Position numbers and translations under genes: made by a program | DNA from: Eledone cirrhosa | Lineage: Eukaryota | Assembly (NCBI GenBank): GCA_964016885.1 | Contig: OZ024750.1 | Coordinates: 51,212,001 to 51,276,000, forward strand | Direction: 5' to 3' | DNA: 64,000 bases | Part shown: piece after piece, positions 1-19,003 of the stretch | How positions within the stretch are numbered: position 1 is the first letter of the stretch | Layout of the letters: the number at the start of each line of letters is the position of its first letter | Notes under the pieces: generated by a model | Told to the model about the DNA's origin: nothing | The model's input: only the letters and a program-made list of their open reading frames with translations | Databases searched by the model: none

Positions 1-1590
1 AGGCCCATTCACACGGACCATTCTCGCTACTTTCACCCACCTTTCATAAAACTTGCTGGGGTAGAGCACCTCTCCTTCTATTCTGATCCTTCTCTTAAAA
101 TTGTATTTAAAGAAAAGGACCAGTTGTTAGGCACAGTCGGAAAATCTAGTCTATATCTACCGGCCAGGTCGAATCGGCCGATTAACCCCTTGAGGCTGTT
201 ACAACCCCCTCTATCAGGACATGCCCTACATAGTCCCAACGTGCATCTAGGATACCATTCCAGTCCCCCACTAAAAGCAAGGAGCGGGACATCCCTAGAA
301 AAGTCTCCAGACGATGGAAGAAGTCCGGCCGCGTTGACCCAAAAGGGCCGTTGACGGCGACCTAGCCTAAAAGCTCCGCCTTCACCACTGCCAAAGTCCA
401 GAACCATTAGTCGACCCTCCGGGTCCAAGTGTACCGTCTGTGTAGCGAGACCCAGATGTTTTTGCAGCAGAACGATAACCCCACCCCCACCTCCCGGCTG
501 ACAGAGAGATGCGTGCATCTCAAAGTCCTCAAAGGTGGAGGCCAGCTGTCGCACGCTGCTGATCCGGGCCTCGCAAATAACCATCACATTTATACATCGT
601 GACCTGAGGTCATTTAGAAGCATTGCTTGCTTCCAAGGTGAGCCCAGGCCACACGCACTTAGACTACCTATTCTCAACACAGCCATGTTGGTGGTAAAGA
701 GAAAAGGCACTTACCTCTCTGCGTCACGGGGACCGGGCCGCATATTTCCATGGGGGTGGGGGATGGGTTGTTGGGTGCGGTGGTGGTTTGTGGAAGTGTA
801 GGGGCATCAGTGTGTGGTGGGGTTGGGGTGTTTGGAGTTGTGTGTGTGTCTGAAGGGGGGGGGGGGTTAGGAGGACACGGTTAATGGGTCTAACGCAGGG
901 GGGCCCCAAGTCCTCTTTAGAAGTGTCTTTTAATGTTTTGTAAATGTCCATTGGGGCTTTTATCATTTGTAGATGGGGAAGCCCCGTTGCTTGTGCAAAA
1001 TTCGAACCTTCGGTTTTTATTAAGTTGTTATTATAAATAACGTTTAACAGTTTTTTGTTTATTGTATTTATGTAAGTATATGCAAATTTTTCTTTTTGCG
1101 TGATGTTTTTTGTTTGCTGATGTTGTGTGTTTTTTTGTGTTGATGTCTGTGATATGTCTTGGGGAGGGGTTGTTTGTATTTGTGTTCCTGTGGTGTGTTT
1201 TCTTTTTTTTTCTTTTAACTTTATGAAAGTGTCCCCCCCCCCTCGTCTGACGACGAAAGGGGGTCGTCTTCCGTATTCGAGGGGAGGGGTTCATTTTCGG
1301 CTCGTGTTTGTGGTGTGGGTGTTATTGTATTTGTTTTTTGTGTGGGAGGGGGTTGATTTCAGTTGTGTTTTAACTTGCGGTGTTAGTTGTTTTTGTGGTG
1401 GTGGTGGTGGAGGTTGTGCTGGTAGTGTTGTAGTTGTTGGTGTGGGCAACATCGGTGTTTTTTTGTTTGCTTGGGAACAGGCAGCCCTCAGGTAACCTCT
1501 GCCACTACAGAGATAATAAGCGGGTCGTCTACCCTCCACTGTGGAGGGTATTTTTTGTTTGGGAAAGACTGCCAATGAAAACACAGGCAA
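1..1590 (-). mobile_element. Degenerate Tx1/L1-like LINE: ORF1 zinc-knuckle remnant plus ORF2 AP-endonuclease N-terminus, running off the left edge
   Basis: ORF 78..710 reads MAVLRIGSLSACGL..CINVMVICEAR..GGGGGVIVLL..DPEGRLMVLD, typical of APE domain motifs. ORF 1291..1590 has TVEGRRPAYYLCSGRGYLRAAC, a decayed CCHC knuckle. Frameshifted. Confidence 0.75.
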
Positions 1591-1827
1591 CGGTTGGATT
1601 TCATTTCTGTTTCGCTATTAATCAGGAAATTTATTTATCAGTCAGTTGGTTGATTAATTAATTAGTAATTTTTTAAAGTCCTTCCGCCAAATCCTGCGGC
1701 CTTATCGATTGACTCTAGCCACCCGTGTGTCATATTTTCCATCTTTACGCCTATCTGACCTCATCAGTGAAATATAGTTATTTGAAAAAATCAATATACT
1801 TGCACATCATGTGTGAAATCACGTGAC

Positions 1828-2080
1828 TTATTGGTGGTTTGGGTGCTCAGCCAGCGATCGTAACGTCCTGAATTTGAATCCAACCATAGTGTTGTGTCTT
1901 TGAAAAGAATCTTGGAAAGAAATTAATTGAACCTGTAATTCAAAACACTTGTCACGCTGAAACTCTTTGAAAATTTCATTTAGAGTACATGTGTTTGTGG
2001 AATGCTCAGTCACTTGCATATAACTTCAATGAACAGGCTGCTCTGCTGATTAAATAATTGTCACACTCGACGTCGAAACT
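1828..2080 (+). mobile_element. Old tRNA-headed SINE remnant
   Basis: A/B-box-like head. Body (gtggaatgctcagtcacttgca..gaacaggctg) matches 39885-40146 in reverse. Confidence 0.5.
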
Positions 2081-2919
2081 GATGGAGATCCATCACAAAA
2101 ACAACACTATCCTCCAGATCATCCCAGCCCAGATCATTTTCTCTATGAAATTCCGTCAATTTGCTACCATTCAAAGATTGTTATGACTTAAAAATAAATG
2201 TAGGGGCCATCACTTTTCCCAGCGTCCTTGAGACGGACAGAAATGATAAAGAGGGTCCTCAAACTGAAGCTCGGTCCTATAGGGCCCAATAAAGTGAGCT
2301 CGCCTAAAGGCATCCAAGGGTGATGTGGTTGTGATAACAAACCTGTATCATTTGTCGTTTGAACCTACAAAGGTCAACAACATATATGTATGCATATTGT
2401 TGTTTAATGTTTTTCTATAGTAGTTGCTGTCATTTAAGTGTTGGTGTTTTGCTTTGTTTATATTCTGCTTTATTGTCTTCTTGTGAGATCACTAGGTTCT
2501 GAAAGAAGTCAGCGGTGTTACCCTTTCACACAACGCTTCCACCTTTTCTTAAGTTGTATTGAAGAGGGTGTATTGTTTATGTTTTTCATTATAGTCTAAA
2601 ATATATTTGCTGTCTTTTAGAGCTGCAATAATTGATTATGCTTTAACTTAGAGAACTAATTAATTACAACGAAGAGAGCATTCAAAATAAATTATGTATG
2701 CGTGTATGTATATGTGTGGATATGTATGTATATAAACATGTGTGTGTGTATTAGTGTGTGCGTGTGTGTGTATGTGTGTGTATACGTATGGACGTAGGTG
2801 TGCAGAATCTATGTACGTATTTATGTATGTATGTGTGTCTCAAAAAATACAAAATTGAGAATAAGAGTATTCATATATATGTATATGTGTGGGGGGGGGG
2901 TATGTGTGTGGTTGATGGT

Positions 2920-4090
2920 CTATCAAAGATGGCTTTGTTAGAAGAGAGGTTGATTACTCTCTTAAGAGTCCTTATGATTGTACCTTGTATCTTGATTTCT
3001 CACTGGGTTTGTGGAATGGTACGTAATTCTAAATTAACGTCTAGGAAGTTAACACTGATGAACTTGGTAGGGATTGTAATTTTTAGCCAAGGCTGTAATC
3101 AGGTTTTTTTTCTAAATATGTCGAGATCTGGCCACTTTTATGGCTCGATAGTGCCAAAGAGTCATCACGATATGGGCCCGTATGGAAGTCAGGGAATTTC
3201 TTACGTAGTGAATCTAAGATAAACAGGCCCACCAAATCGCATGTTTCATCACAGTCAATCAATCCCATAATCAGATCGCATGGTTCGTTGTTAGGGGAAT
3301 TCTTTATCCAGGAGTCGTCAGTCGTCATTATTAATAAGGAGGATTTTTCTGCAATGGAATATTGCTAATCAGTCAAACAAATATTGTGGAAATTGCTAGC
3401 GAAATCAAGGGCCTTATCAAGTAAGGTCCAGGATATCGAGGGGTAAAAATCAACTATATCAAATTAAATGAACCTAGCATTCATAGTATTAAACCAATCT
3501 ATGACTACTTGACTATAATCCCACTAATTAAGATTGGACTGTTATCTAATAACTATATTAATTTTTCTCAGTATGTCTTTACTAATAAGTCCTAATTCCG
3601 TTTTGCAGGGTTTATGATTCTCCAAGCTAGTTTATTAATGAAGTCATTCTTATGATCCTTAAGTTTAATATATGCCTCTCTTCTAACCAAGCATTCCAAC
3701 TGGTTATCTTCTTTGAAGGTGGAGGCTATATACTTCGTCTCATGATTGATGATATACTAGGTAGCATGGTCAGCTTTTTTATATTTAGACTGTATGATAT
3801 TGTCCAATAGTTAGGTTATAGGTAGATTTATCTAGTTGATAATGATTGTTACTTTTATCTGATAGGATAAAAGTTCTATCAGAGGATCTGAAGTTTTTAA
3901 AGTCTCTACTTATTTTATTCTGAAAGGAATTGGAGGCATTGAGGAAAGATATCATAGCAACAAGGCTAAGAAGATCAGCCTCAAAACTAGTGAGTTCCTT
4001 TACCTTAGGTGGGTACTTTCTAGACTTAAGGTTGAAAATATTGGCTGAACTTGATAGTATACCATCAAAGGCCAGTGTCCTCCATCTCAA
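2920..4090 (-). pseudogene. Penelope-like element RT fragment
   Basis: MRWRTLAF..KSRKYPP..SDKSNN (3785..4090) and CDLIMG..ETCDLVGLFIL..GPYRDDSL (3083..3328) are homologous to the PLE at 26987-28182. Confidence 0.85.
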
Positions 4091-4099
4091 TTACTTGAC

Positions 4100-4850
<751 letters not shown>

Positions 4851-5268
4851 AATTAATAAGAATTAAAAATTAGAAATTAAAGATTTAAAATTAAGAGGTA
4901 AGATTTTTTTCATCTTCCGTGCTGAGAAGGAGACTGGAGAATGAACTCTTGTGTATAGAGAGGTGTAGTCATGGTAGTAGCAGCAGTAGCAGTGGTGGTA
5001 GGTGTGTTTCTTCACAGAACAGAATTGTTTTCAGGGGGCAAAGGAAATATACTGTAAATATGTGTGTAAATCACGATTGTGTTAATGGACTGGTCAAGAG
5101 TTCAGATGGAGTTGGCGAGGGGTTTGGGGATGTTAGCTAGAGACAGATTATATGGCAACAGTAGGGTTGTAAAATAAATTCTATTGTTGGAATATGGTTT
5201 AGGGAGTGTGTGTATAGTGTGATGGTGTATATATATATAAATATATAACATTTATAAAACAAATTTTG

Positions 5269-5326
5269 TATTTTATCTGAGGAGGGGGTACCAGTTTGCT
5301 ACCCTTGAAATATATATAATAAAATA
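5269..5326 (+). ncRNA. Minimal type I hammerhead ribozyme in a PLE pseudo-LTR (pLTR about 5245-5460)
   Basis: TATTTTAT CTGAGGA GGGGGTA-loop-TACCCTT GAAA T-ATAT-A TA ATAAAATA. Confidence 0.8.
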
Positions 5327-5457
5327 AATATGGTTTTATAAATATAGTTTCCATTTATTAATATCATTGATATTATACTCCAGAAAAAACTTGTAGAGTG
5401 CTTCGAATCTGTTATAAATAAATTTGTTGAATAACCAACAAATTAAATATCTTTTTG

Positions 5458-5509
<52 letters not shown>

Positions 5510-5515
<6 letters not shown>

Positions 5516-6290
5516 TATGTACACGTACATACATATATGTATACAGCCGTACAGTAGTATGTATATATATACATACATGCACACATATATATATGTACGT
5601 ATGGATTCACCAAACATTTATTATAATGCCCGGTGTGTTTGTGAACAAACATCCCGTATTCAGCCGTAGTGTCTAGCAACCACCGTTGCTTGTTTGTTCA
5701 ACGCTGACAAATGAACGCTGTACTAGTTTCAAGCTTGTTAGCTATCGTCAGCAACGTATACCTTCCTGCCAGATAGTTGAACGTCCGAAAGTATATACTT
5801 TCCTTATGCATATTAACGGCTGAGTAGCCCAATTTGCATATCGAGTGGGTTATTCGGCCGGGTGCACCGAAAATGATAAACGAAAAAAATGAAACGAAAT
5901 TTCATTTCCCACTCTTAGTGCGGCTGTTACTTAAATATAAGTATGTACACGTACATACATATATGTATACAGACGTACAGTAGTATGTATATATATATAC
6001 ATATAAGCACACATATATATATATGTACGTATGGATTCACCAAACATTTATTATAATGCTCGGTATGTTTGTAAACAAACATCTCGGTGTGTTTGTGAAC
6101 AAACGAGCAACGGTGGTTGATAGACACTAGGGCTTAATACGGGATGTTTGTTTGCAAACACACCGAGCATTATAATAAATATTTGGTGAATCCATACGTA
6201 CATATATATATATGTGTGCATGTATGTATATATATATATGTATATATACATGTATATATATATATGTATATATATATATGTATATATGTC
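5510..6290. repeat. Hammerhead-monomer copy with internal orientation flip near 6090; HHR at 5715-5757 (-)
   Basis: Minus strand: ACGTTG CTGACGA TAGCTAACAAGCTT GAAA CTAG TA CAGCGT. The inverted monomer continues at about 6898-7020 after an insertion. Confidence 0.85.
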
Positions 6291-6897
6291 AGGTCACCAG
6301 TTGGTGCTACTGGTAACATGTATCCCAGTACAACCTGTCTCATGGTCGGGTCGTTGGCGACTAAACTGGCAACCCCACCAAGGTTTCTTGGTGAGGAGGG
6401 TGACTTTGGACATCCTGCAGGACTAAAAACAAAACCTGTCAAAGGGCAAAGGAGCTCTTAAGAGTCAATGGCCATCCAAAATCACCGGGAGAGATGACCC
6501 CTTAGCCTTTGTCAAGACAGAATTCTAGGAGAAGGAAAACTCTGATATAACACCTGCAACCCTGATGGTATCCAATGATGTTGACTTGTTCTTCTTTTTG
6601 GTACATATCATCTTGTTTAAGAGAGTGGGACTGGCTTTGTGCAGTGCCTTTGCTCACTATAAAAGCTTCACGGCACAGGCATTGCTTTATATCTGGAGAT
6701 CTCTCTGCACTTGTCGTCAGATGGTACCATGGGCCCAGCACTATGTGTCAATAATTGTCAAAAGTGTAGTGTTTGTACCAGAGTTTTCAAATCGCTGGCT
6801 GGACTAAAAAGTCACACTCGTTCAGCGCATCCGTAGGGGTTCTCCTACATGGATATAAAGTAGTGGCCGTACTCGAAAATGAGTTGGCAGCCACCAT
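6288..6897 (+). mobile_element. About 610-bp non-autonomous RTE-derived retroelement, full-length copy
   Basis: Six copies in the window. RTE-like 5' region (AGGAGAAGGAAAACTC) and 3' end with a C2H2 remnant and CTCG-N4-CGAG stem-loop, followed by (TA)n. Confidence 0.8.
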
Positions 6898-7020
6898 ATA
6901 TATGTATATATATACATACTACTGTACGTCTCTATACTTATATGTATGTATTTGTACATACTTATATTTAAGTAACCGACGTACTAAAAGTGGGAAATGA
7001 ATTTTCGTTTCATTTTTACC

Positions 7021-7089
<69 letters not shown>

Positions 7090-7092
<3 letters not shown>

Positions 7093-7216
7093 AAAAAAGA
7101 TAAAATCGAAAATGCAACTGGAATCTTTTTTTAAATATATATTTATTCGGTTCCTTTACCAGTTTCTCAGTTCTGCTTTTCAAAAGTAGAATTGAGATGG
7201 AGGGTTTGTGGTTTTT

Positions 7217-7220
<4 letters not shown>
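7090..7220 (-). mobile_element. PLE pLTR fragment, same family as 56985-59390
   Basis: Sequence match to 57120-57255. Confidence 0.75.
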
Positions 7221-7314
<94 letters not shown>

Positions 7315-7910
7315 CAGTTACCATAGTTTCACATATGCAAATACAACAAATACGTACCTACACATATCTGTACATCAAACATTCAAATAAAAATGTGTAG
7401 TTATGTATCTGTTACACATACATCTGTATAACTATGGTTGTATACACAGAAGTATTGTATGTATATCGGAATGTGATGGTGCCCATTATGCACATCCAGT
7501 CTAGTTCCATGTTTAGAATAACTAACAGAAAAACCACCATTCGGATGGTTTTCTGCTAGCATGTGTAGTGTGTATATTGATATTATACGCAGGTATATAT
7601 ACGTGTAGATATGATACATCAAATAAAATAGTAATTGACAATATACAGGAAGACTGTATTACACTGTCTTATGTAATCAGTAACGTAATCCATGATACAT
7701 TTTAAAAAAAGACGATATTATATATAAACTGCATTAGGAGAAAATTATTGACAGAAAATTAGTATATTTATTTAAGCGATCGCCAACCGGAATTTTTGAC
7801 ATTTCAGAAATTTTAAAGAAGTGAATCTTTAAATAAACAAAATATATTTAATGAACAACCACGAAATTTAGTAGATACATTATGTAATATTCATTCATTA
7901 TTTATTCAAA

Positions 7911-8392
7911 GGGCGGTGGATTGGCAGTATCGGTAGAGGGTCGGACGCCATGCTTTGACGGATAGAGTTACGGTCCATGCCATTCTGAGTTCCAATCCCG
8001 CCGAGGTTAACTTTGTCTTTCATCATTACGGGGTCGATAAAATAAAGTACCAGTAATACACTGGGTAATTGCTGGCCTTGTGCCAAAAGTAGAAACAATT
8101 ATTTATTCAAAGGTCAATAAAATAAAGTATCAGTAATGTACTAGGTAATTGCTGGCCTTGTTCCAAACATAGAAACAATTATTTATTCAAAGGGAGGTGG
8201 ATTGGCAGTATCGGTAGAGAGTCGGACGCCATGCTTTGACGCATAGAGTTACGGTTCTTGCCATTCTGAGTTCAAATCTCGCCGAGGTTAACTTTGCCTT
8301 TCATCCTTACGGGGTCGATAAAATAAAGTACCAATAATAGACTGGGTAATTGCTGGCCTTGTGCCTAAAAGTAGAAACAATTATTTATTCAA
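7911..8392 (+). mobile_element. Three tandem tRNA-derived SINE copies (full, 3' fragment, full)
   Basis: A box TGGCAGTATCGG, B box GAGTTCAAATC, core GCCTTTCATCCTTACGGGGTCGATAAAATAAAGTACC (resembles a Meta-type SINE core, from memory). Copies separated by atttattcaaag. Confidence 0.9.
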
Positions 8393-8544
8393 AGTAATCC
8401 AACTTATTTTACTAATAGGATAAACAAAATTATAAACCGTACGCAGTCCCGCGCTCCCTCCTTTATTATAGTTTAAGATTTAGTACTATATTTTTCAGTA
8501 TTTACATAGAATTGAACCAACCCTGGTGTCATTGCATTATAGTT

Positions 8545-8694
8545 GCTTTCCAGCATAGAGTTACGTATCTTTACGGTCTGAGTTCAAATTTCCTCGAGGT
8601 TAACTTTGCCTTTCATCCTTACGGGGTCAATAAAATAAAGTACCAGTAATGTACTGGTGTAATTGCTGGCCTTGTGCCAAAAGTAGAAACAATT
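8545..8694 (+). mobile_element. 5'-truncated tRNA-SINE
   Basis: Matches 7911-8100. Confidence 0.85.
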
Positions 8695-8704
8695 AGAGTG
8701 GGAC

Positions 8705-13370
<4,666 letters not shown>

Positions 13371-13829
13371 GATTGCGAAATACAATCAAGAAAATAAAAA
13401 TAAAAAGTAGAACGAGAGGAATTGTATATATGAGAGCTGTTTATTTTGGCCAGACAATAGCATCTAATTTATTCCAGATATGCGAGAGAGAGTAGATGTG
13501 GGACAGACTTTAAAAAATATACTGCTGCTAATTTCAATACAAAGATCTTATGTATGTATGTATGGAGAGATAGGAGTATATGTATGGCTTAATGGTTATG
13601 CTGTTCGTCTGACAATAGTAAGGTCGTGTGTTCGATGTTCACACGTTCATGTTGCTCCAGTCCATCCAGCTGACAAAAATGAGTTGTACAGTAATGAGTT
13701 GTACGTAAATGGTTTAGATGTCTGTGGAATACTCAGCCGCTTGCACGTTAATTTGCCGAGCAGGCTGTTGATCTAATCATGTAATGATTAGATCAACAGT
13801 GGTGATGTACCTTCATGCACTCGGAAGCC

Positions 13830-14912
13830 ATATATTCCACGATCTATCTATATCTGTCAAAGGGAATATATTGAAGGTTGTGGGTAAGTTCATCTACCTG
13901 GTTAGTACTCTCTCCAGCACCAGCACCCTTGATGAAGCGTTAAAATACTGGCTGTCGAAAGTTTCCGATGTTTTTGGGGGGTAAGCTGGAGAAGCGACGA
14001 TGGTCACGGTAAGATATCAGTATGCACACGAACTTCGAAGTCTAACAGACATGTGGGCTTACAGTCTTGCTGTATGGATGTGAAACTTGGACAACATATT
14101 GTCAGCATATCCAGCGTCTCGAACGTTTCCACCCACAATACTTGTGACCCATCTTCAAGATATCATGGAGGTCTCATACACCTGACATTGATGTGCTGCA
14201 GCGGGCCTGTATGTCATGCATCGAGAGGATGATCATGAAACAGCCCCTCTGGTGGGCATGTCATATAGTACACCTAAATGACAGCAGAATGCCCGGGCAA
14301 GTTTTGTATGGCGAACTATTGCAAGGCGAACGCATACGGTGCAAATCACACAAGCGCTTCAAAGACTGCCTGAAAAATACCTTGAAGAATGTCAACATCA
14401 ACACGGAAATATGGGAATGTCTTGCAACAGATGGAGCCCACTGGTGAAATCCTATTGCTGAGGAATTTGAAGAGAAGCTTAGGGCCTATGCTGAAGTGAA
14501 GAGAGCAGCTAAATATATGGGAGAGTTTAGTCCGTTACCTGAACGAGGTTTGAAAGAAACTCTTACCTGCGGGGGAGGCAGACTTGTATGTATGTCAAAA
14601 GCTGGGTTACTAGGCCATGGCAGACGTCATACTCATGGCAATGATACCTTTGAGTGCCCGTGCACTTTGATTGTGCATATGGCATCTGCAGCAAAATGTG
14701 TCACTCTGCAAGTAAGCTAACACGGAACCACTAAGGGGTGCCGTGCTAACCAGACTCAAGCAGATTGGAAACTTAACTCACACTATGTGATATGGTATGC
14801 AAGTCACTTCCTGGTGTGATGAGCCATCTAAGGCGGCATCAGTGACAGCAACATCAATAACATGATTTTGGAGTTGTCTTACCGTTCTCGGACACGAGTA
14901 AGCTTTCCACTA
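13830..14912 (+). pseudogene. RTE-clade LINE 3' fragment (RT C-terminus, decayed zinc finger, 3' tail)
   Basis: VVGKFIYLVSTLS; LLYGCETWT (14068-14094); WWACHIVHLNDSRMPGQVLYGELLQGER..KRFKDCLKNTLK. Ends in CTCGGACACGAG plus (TATG)n. Confidence 0.9.
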
Positions 14913-14968
14913 TGTATGTATATATGTATTTATGTATGTGTGTATGTATGTATGTACGTATGTACGTA

Positions 14969-15365
14969 TGACCCCTTAGCCTTTGTCAAGGTAGATTTCT
15001 AGGAGAAGGAAAACTCTGATATAACACCTGCAACCCTGATGGTATCCAATGATGTTGACATGTTCTTTTTGGTAAATACCATCTTGGTTAAGAGAGTGAG
15101 ACTGGCTTTGTGCAGTGCCTTTGCTCACTATAAAAGCGTCACGGCACAGGCATTGTTTTATATCTGGAGATATCTCTGCACTTGTCGTCACATGGTACCA
15201 TGGGCCCAGCACTGTGTGTCAATAATTGTCACAGGTGTTGTGTTTGTACCAGAGTTTTTAAGTCGCTGGCTGGACTAAAAAGTCACTCGTTCAGCGCATC
15301 GGTAGGGGTTCTCCTACATGGATATAAAGTAGTGGCCGTACTCGAAAACGAGTTGGCAGCCACCA
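14969..15365 (+). mobile_element. 5'-truncated RTE-derived non-autonomous element
   Basis: Matches 6496-6897. Confidence 0.85.
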
Positions 15366-15394
15366 TGTATGTATGTACGTATATATGTATGGGT

Positions 15395-15935
15395 CTATGA
15401 GGGCCCCATTTGCTGCGACTGTCTGGCTTCTGTCCTTTAGGAAGTCATGCAGCCACTCACCTACTTTTCCAGTTATGCCGAGTCCGTGTAGTTTGTGACA
15501 TATCATTCCGTGCTCGACCTTGTCAAAGGCCTTCGCAAAGTCAAGATATATCACTTCCACATGTGAGCTGTCTAGTAGATGTTTCAGTACGCAGTCGTAG
15601 TAATGTAGCAGTTGTGTAAGGCAGCTTCTTCCTGGGCGGAACCATGTTGCGTGCTAGTCAGGCGGTCATTTTCCTCAAGGAAAGTGATCAGTTTCTTTCT
15701 GACGACTCGCTCCATGACGTTACTGATATGCGACGTCAGGGAGACTGGCCTATAGTTTTTGGCCTCCGCTCTACTACCTCCTTTATGAATAGGGTATATT
15801 GTGCCTTCTTTCAGCTCCATGAGTTGTACACCGCTAGCCAGGGAGCTTCTGAAGAGCATCTTCAGTGGAGTTGCTAAGGCCCGCTTACATGTTTTTAAGC
15901 GAACTGCTGGGAATCCATCAGATCCAGCGGCTGAA
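15395..15935 (-). pseudogene. CR1/Jockey-group LINE RT fragment
   Basis: [43 protein letters not shown]; VIYLDFAKAFDKVEHG..GITGKVGEWLHDFLKDRSQ. Confidence 0.9.
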
Positions 15936-15989
15936 TATATGTATGTATATATATATGTATGTATGTATGTGTGTATGTATGTATATTTG

Positions 15990-16061
<72 letters not shown>

Positions 16062-16167
16062 AGTATGTATGTGTGTGGGTATGCATATGTATGTGTATGT
16101 ATGTATGTATGTATGTATGTATGTATGTATATGTGTATGTATGTATGTATATATGTATGTATAAGCC

Positions 16168-17172
16168 ATGGGAGAGATGACCCCTTAGCCTTTGTCAAGG
16201 CACAATTCTAGGAGAAGGAAAACTCTGATATAACACATGCAACTCTGATGGTATCCAATGATGTTGACTTGTTCTTCTTTTTGGTAAATATCATCTTGGT
16301 TAAGAGAGTGGGACTGGCTTTGTGCAGTGCCTTTGCTCACTATAAAAGCTTCACGGCACAGGCATTGCATTATATCTGGAGATCTCTCTGCACTTGTCGT
16401 CACATGGTACCATGGGCCTAGCACTGTGTCAATAATTGTCACAGGTGTAGTGTTTGTACCAGAGTTTTCAAGTCCTTGGCTGGACTAAAGTCACATTCGT
16501 TCAGCGCATTGGTAGGAGTTCTCCTACATGGATATAAGGTAGTGGCCGTACTCGAAAACGAGTTGGCAGCCACCATGTATATATATATGTATGTTGGTGC
16601 TGCTGGTAACATGTCTCCCAGTACAACCTGTCTCATGGTCGGGTCATTGGCGACTAAACAAGGTTTCTTGGTGAGGAGGGTGACTTTGGACATCCTGCAG
16701 GACTAAAAACAAAACCTGTCAAGGGCAAAGGAGCTCTTAAGAGTCAATGGCCATCCAAAATCACCGGGAGAGATGACCCTTAGCCTTTGTCAAGGCAGAA
16801 TTCTAGGAGAAGGAAAACTCTGATATAACACCTGCAACCCTGATGGTGTCCAATGATGTTGACTTGTTCTTCTTTTTGGTAAATATCATCTTAGTTAAGA
16901 GAGTGGGACTGACTTTGTGCAGTGCCTTTGCTCACTATAAAAGCTTCACGGCACAGGCATTGCTTTATATCTGGAGATCTCTCTGCACTTGTCGTCACAT
17001 GGTACCACGGGCCCAGCACTGTGTCAATAATTGTCACAAGTGCAGTGTTTGTACCAGAGTTTTCAAGTCGCTGGCTGGACTAAAAAGTCACACTCGTTCA
17101 GCGCATCAGTAGGGGTTCTCCTACATGGATATGAAGTAGTGGCCGTACTCGAAAACGAGTTGGCAGCCACCA
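16168..17172 (+). mobile_element. Two tandem copies of the RTE-derived non-autonomous element (16168-16576, 16592-17172)
   Basis: Matches 6288-6897. Confidence 0.85.
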
Positions 17173-17208
<36 letters not shown>

Positions 17209-18946
17209 TGTATGTATGTATGTATGTATGTATGTATGTATCTATGTATGTATGTGTGTATGTACGCATGTATGTATGTATGTCATAAAAGGTGCATGCA
17301 TGGCCTATAGGTTATGACGTTCACCATGATATTATGAAGTTCAAGATTCGATCACATTTCGTCGCTACTTGGACATCTTTTAGCATACCCTAATGTTATC
17401 GCCATTTATGTGTGTGAAATTAGTTGTGACAGAAATTGTGAAGTATCCAATCGAATGGATTGTACCTGGTTTCTAAAGGGACTGTTTTGTAAGACAATGT
17501 CATGCCTAATGTCCCTGGTGTTTACATAAACATTACACGTAACTGAGGAATAGGTTGACATTAATCTCATAATACACTGAGTAGAATTCCTCCCGGATTA
17601 GATGCCAGTCCATCGGAGGGTTAACTCACATATGCAGCTGGTACACATTTTCCTCATTCGTGAGCCATTGGAACTACGTGAAATGCACAATGTCCCGCTC
17701 AGTCCAGTATTCGAACCCCGAATCACTAGGTAACGTGCCTTCATCATACAGTCAGAAGGTGAGAGAGGGGAGTCTTATAATAAAACACAAACGTTGTGTG
17801 ACAAGCATTTTTTGAGAAATGTTAATTTGATATCTTCCTTGCTACCTATATGGTCAGTAGTTAGACCACAGCTATCTATACCTATCTTCCTGTGTATCTA
17901 TCTTCGGACAATAACAATAATATCCATCTATCTATTCCTCTGTCTCGTTATATGTCTGTCTGTTGGACTATCTAGCTATTTATCTATCTACTCTGTGTAT
18001 CGTTGTCTGTTTGTCTCTGTCGATTTTTCTAACTTCCCATTTATTATATTATGTTATATTATATTATATTATATGAAACAAAAAACAATAATGTTACATA
18101 TATTCCATGTTTAGAAAAGCTCATATCAAAGAGAAATGAGTACTCAGGGGAGACTGTCCTAAGTATCCAGTTCTGCTTCATACAGAGTGTTTTTCTAAAA
18201 ATGTTCTCGTAAAATGAATGTCTTATTTTTTTCCTATAGAAATATTCAGCTTCTATGCTTGTTCGAATTCAATTCTCACAGAGCTTCATACAAATTTTCT
18301 CACTACAAATTCAATTATATATACACATATCTGTATTCGATTTTGCTATAGAGATCGTAGTAGCCGGCAAGGGAGAAAGAACTCAATATTAAAAGCATTG
18401 CATGTGTGTGTTTGTATGTATTTATGGTATGTACATATATATATATATATATAGAAATACAGATTCAGAGAGAATCGCATTTCGGTGGGCAGAAAAAGCG
18501 AAGCGAAACGCAAAAATCAGAAATGATACTGGCAAAGTGGTCCATAGTTAAAAACCAGAGCTAAACAATGTGTTACGAAGCCATACAAAACTGAAAAGGT
18601 GATCAAGAAGCCATTAACCACCCAAGCCAAAAACCAAATCAAGCTAAACAGGTCAAAACAAAATAAATGATAAAAAATAAATGATAACCAGACCTGGACT
18701 CACGGAATTGCTGTTAAAATCCGATGTAGAGTTTCTGTGACTCCTAAATCAAAATACAGTCTGCTTAAAAATATAAGCTTTATATATATATGTGTGTGTA
18801 TTGCAGTCGTCGACTCGAATCCGGGCATAACCATTTCCCTGTTTCAGTCATCAGCCAGTATGTGTTTGTTTTTCTGCTGTGAGCTCTTAAATTTCTACTG
18901 AGACCCGACCCACACACACTCACACACACGCACACAGTCACGCACT

Positions 18947-19003
<57 letters not shown>

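Noticed and set aside
7911-8000. tRNA gene
   Set aside because: A/B boxes belong to a multi-copy SINE head; no cloverleaf.
18455-18780. Possible Tc1-like transposase remnant
   Set aside because: Only a weak PDL-like motif; too decayed to support.
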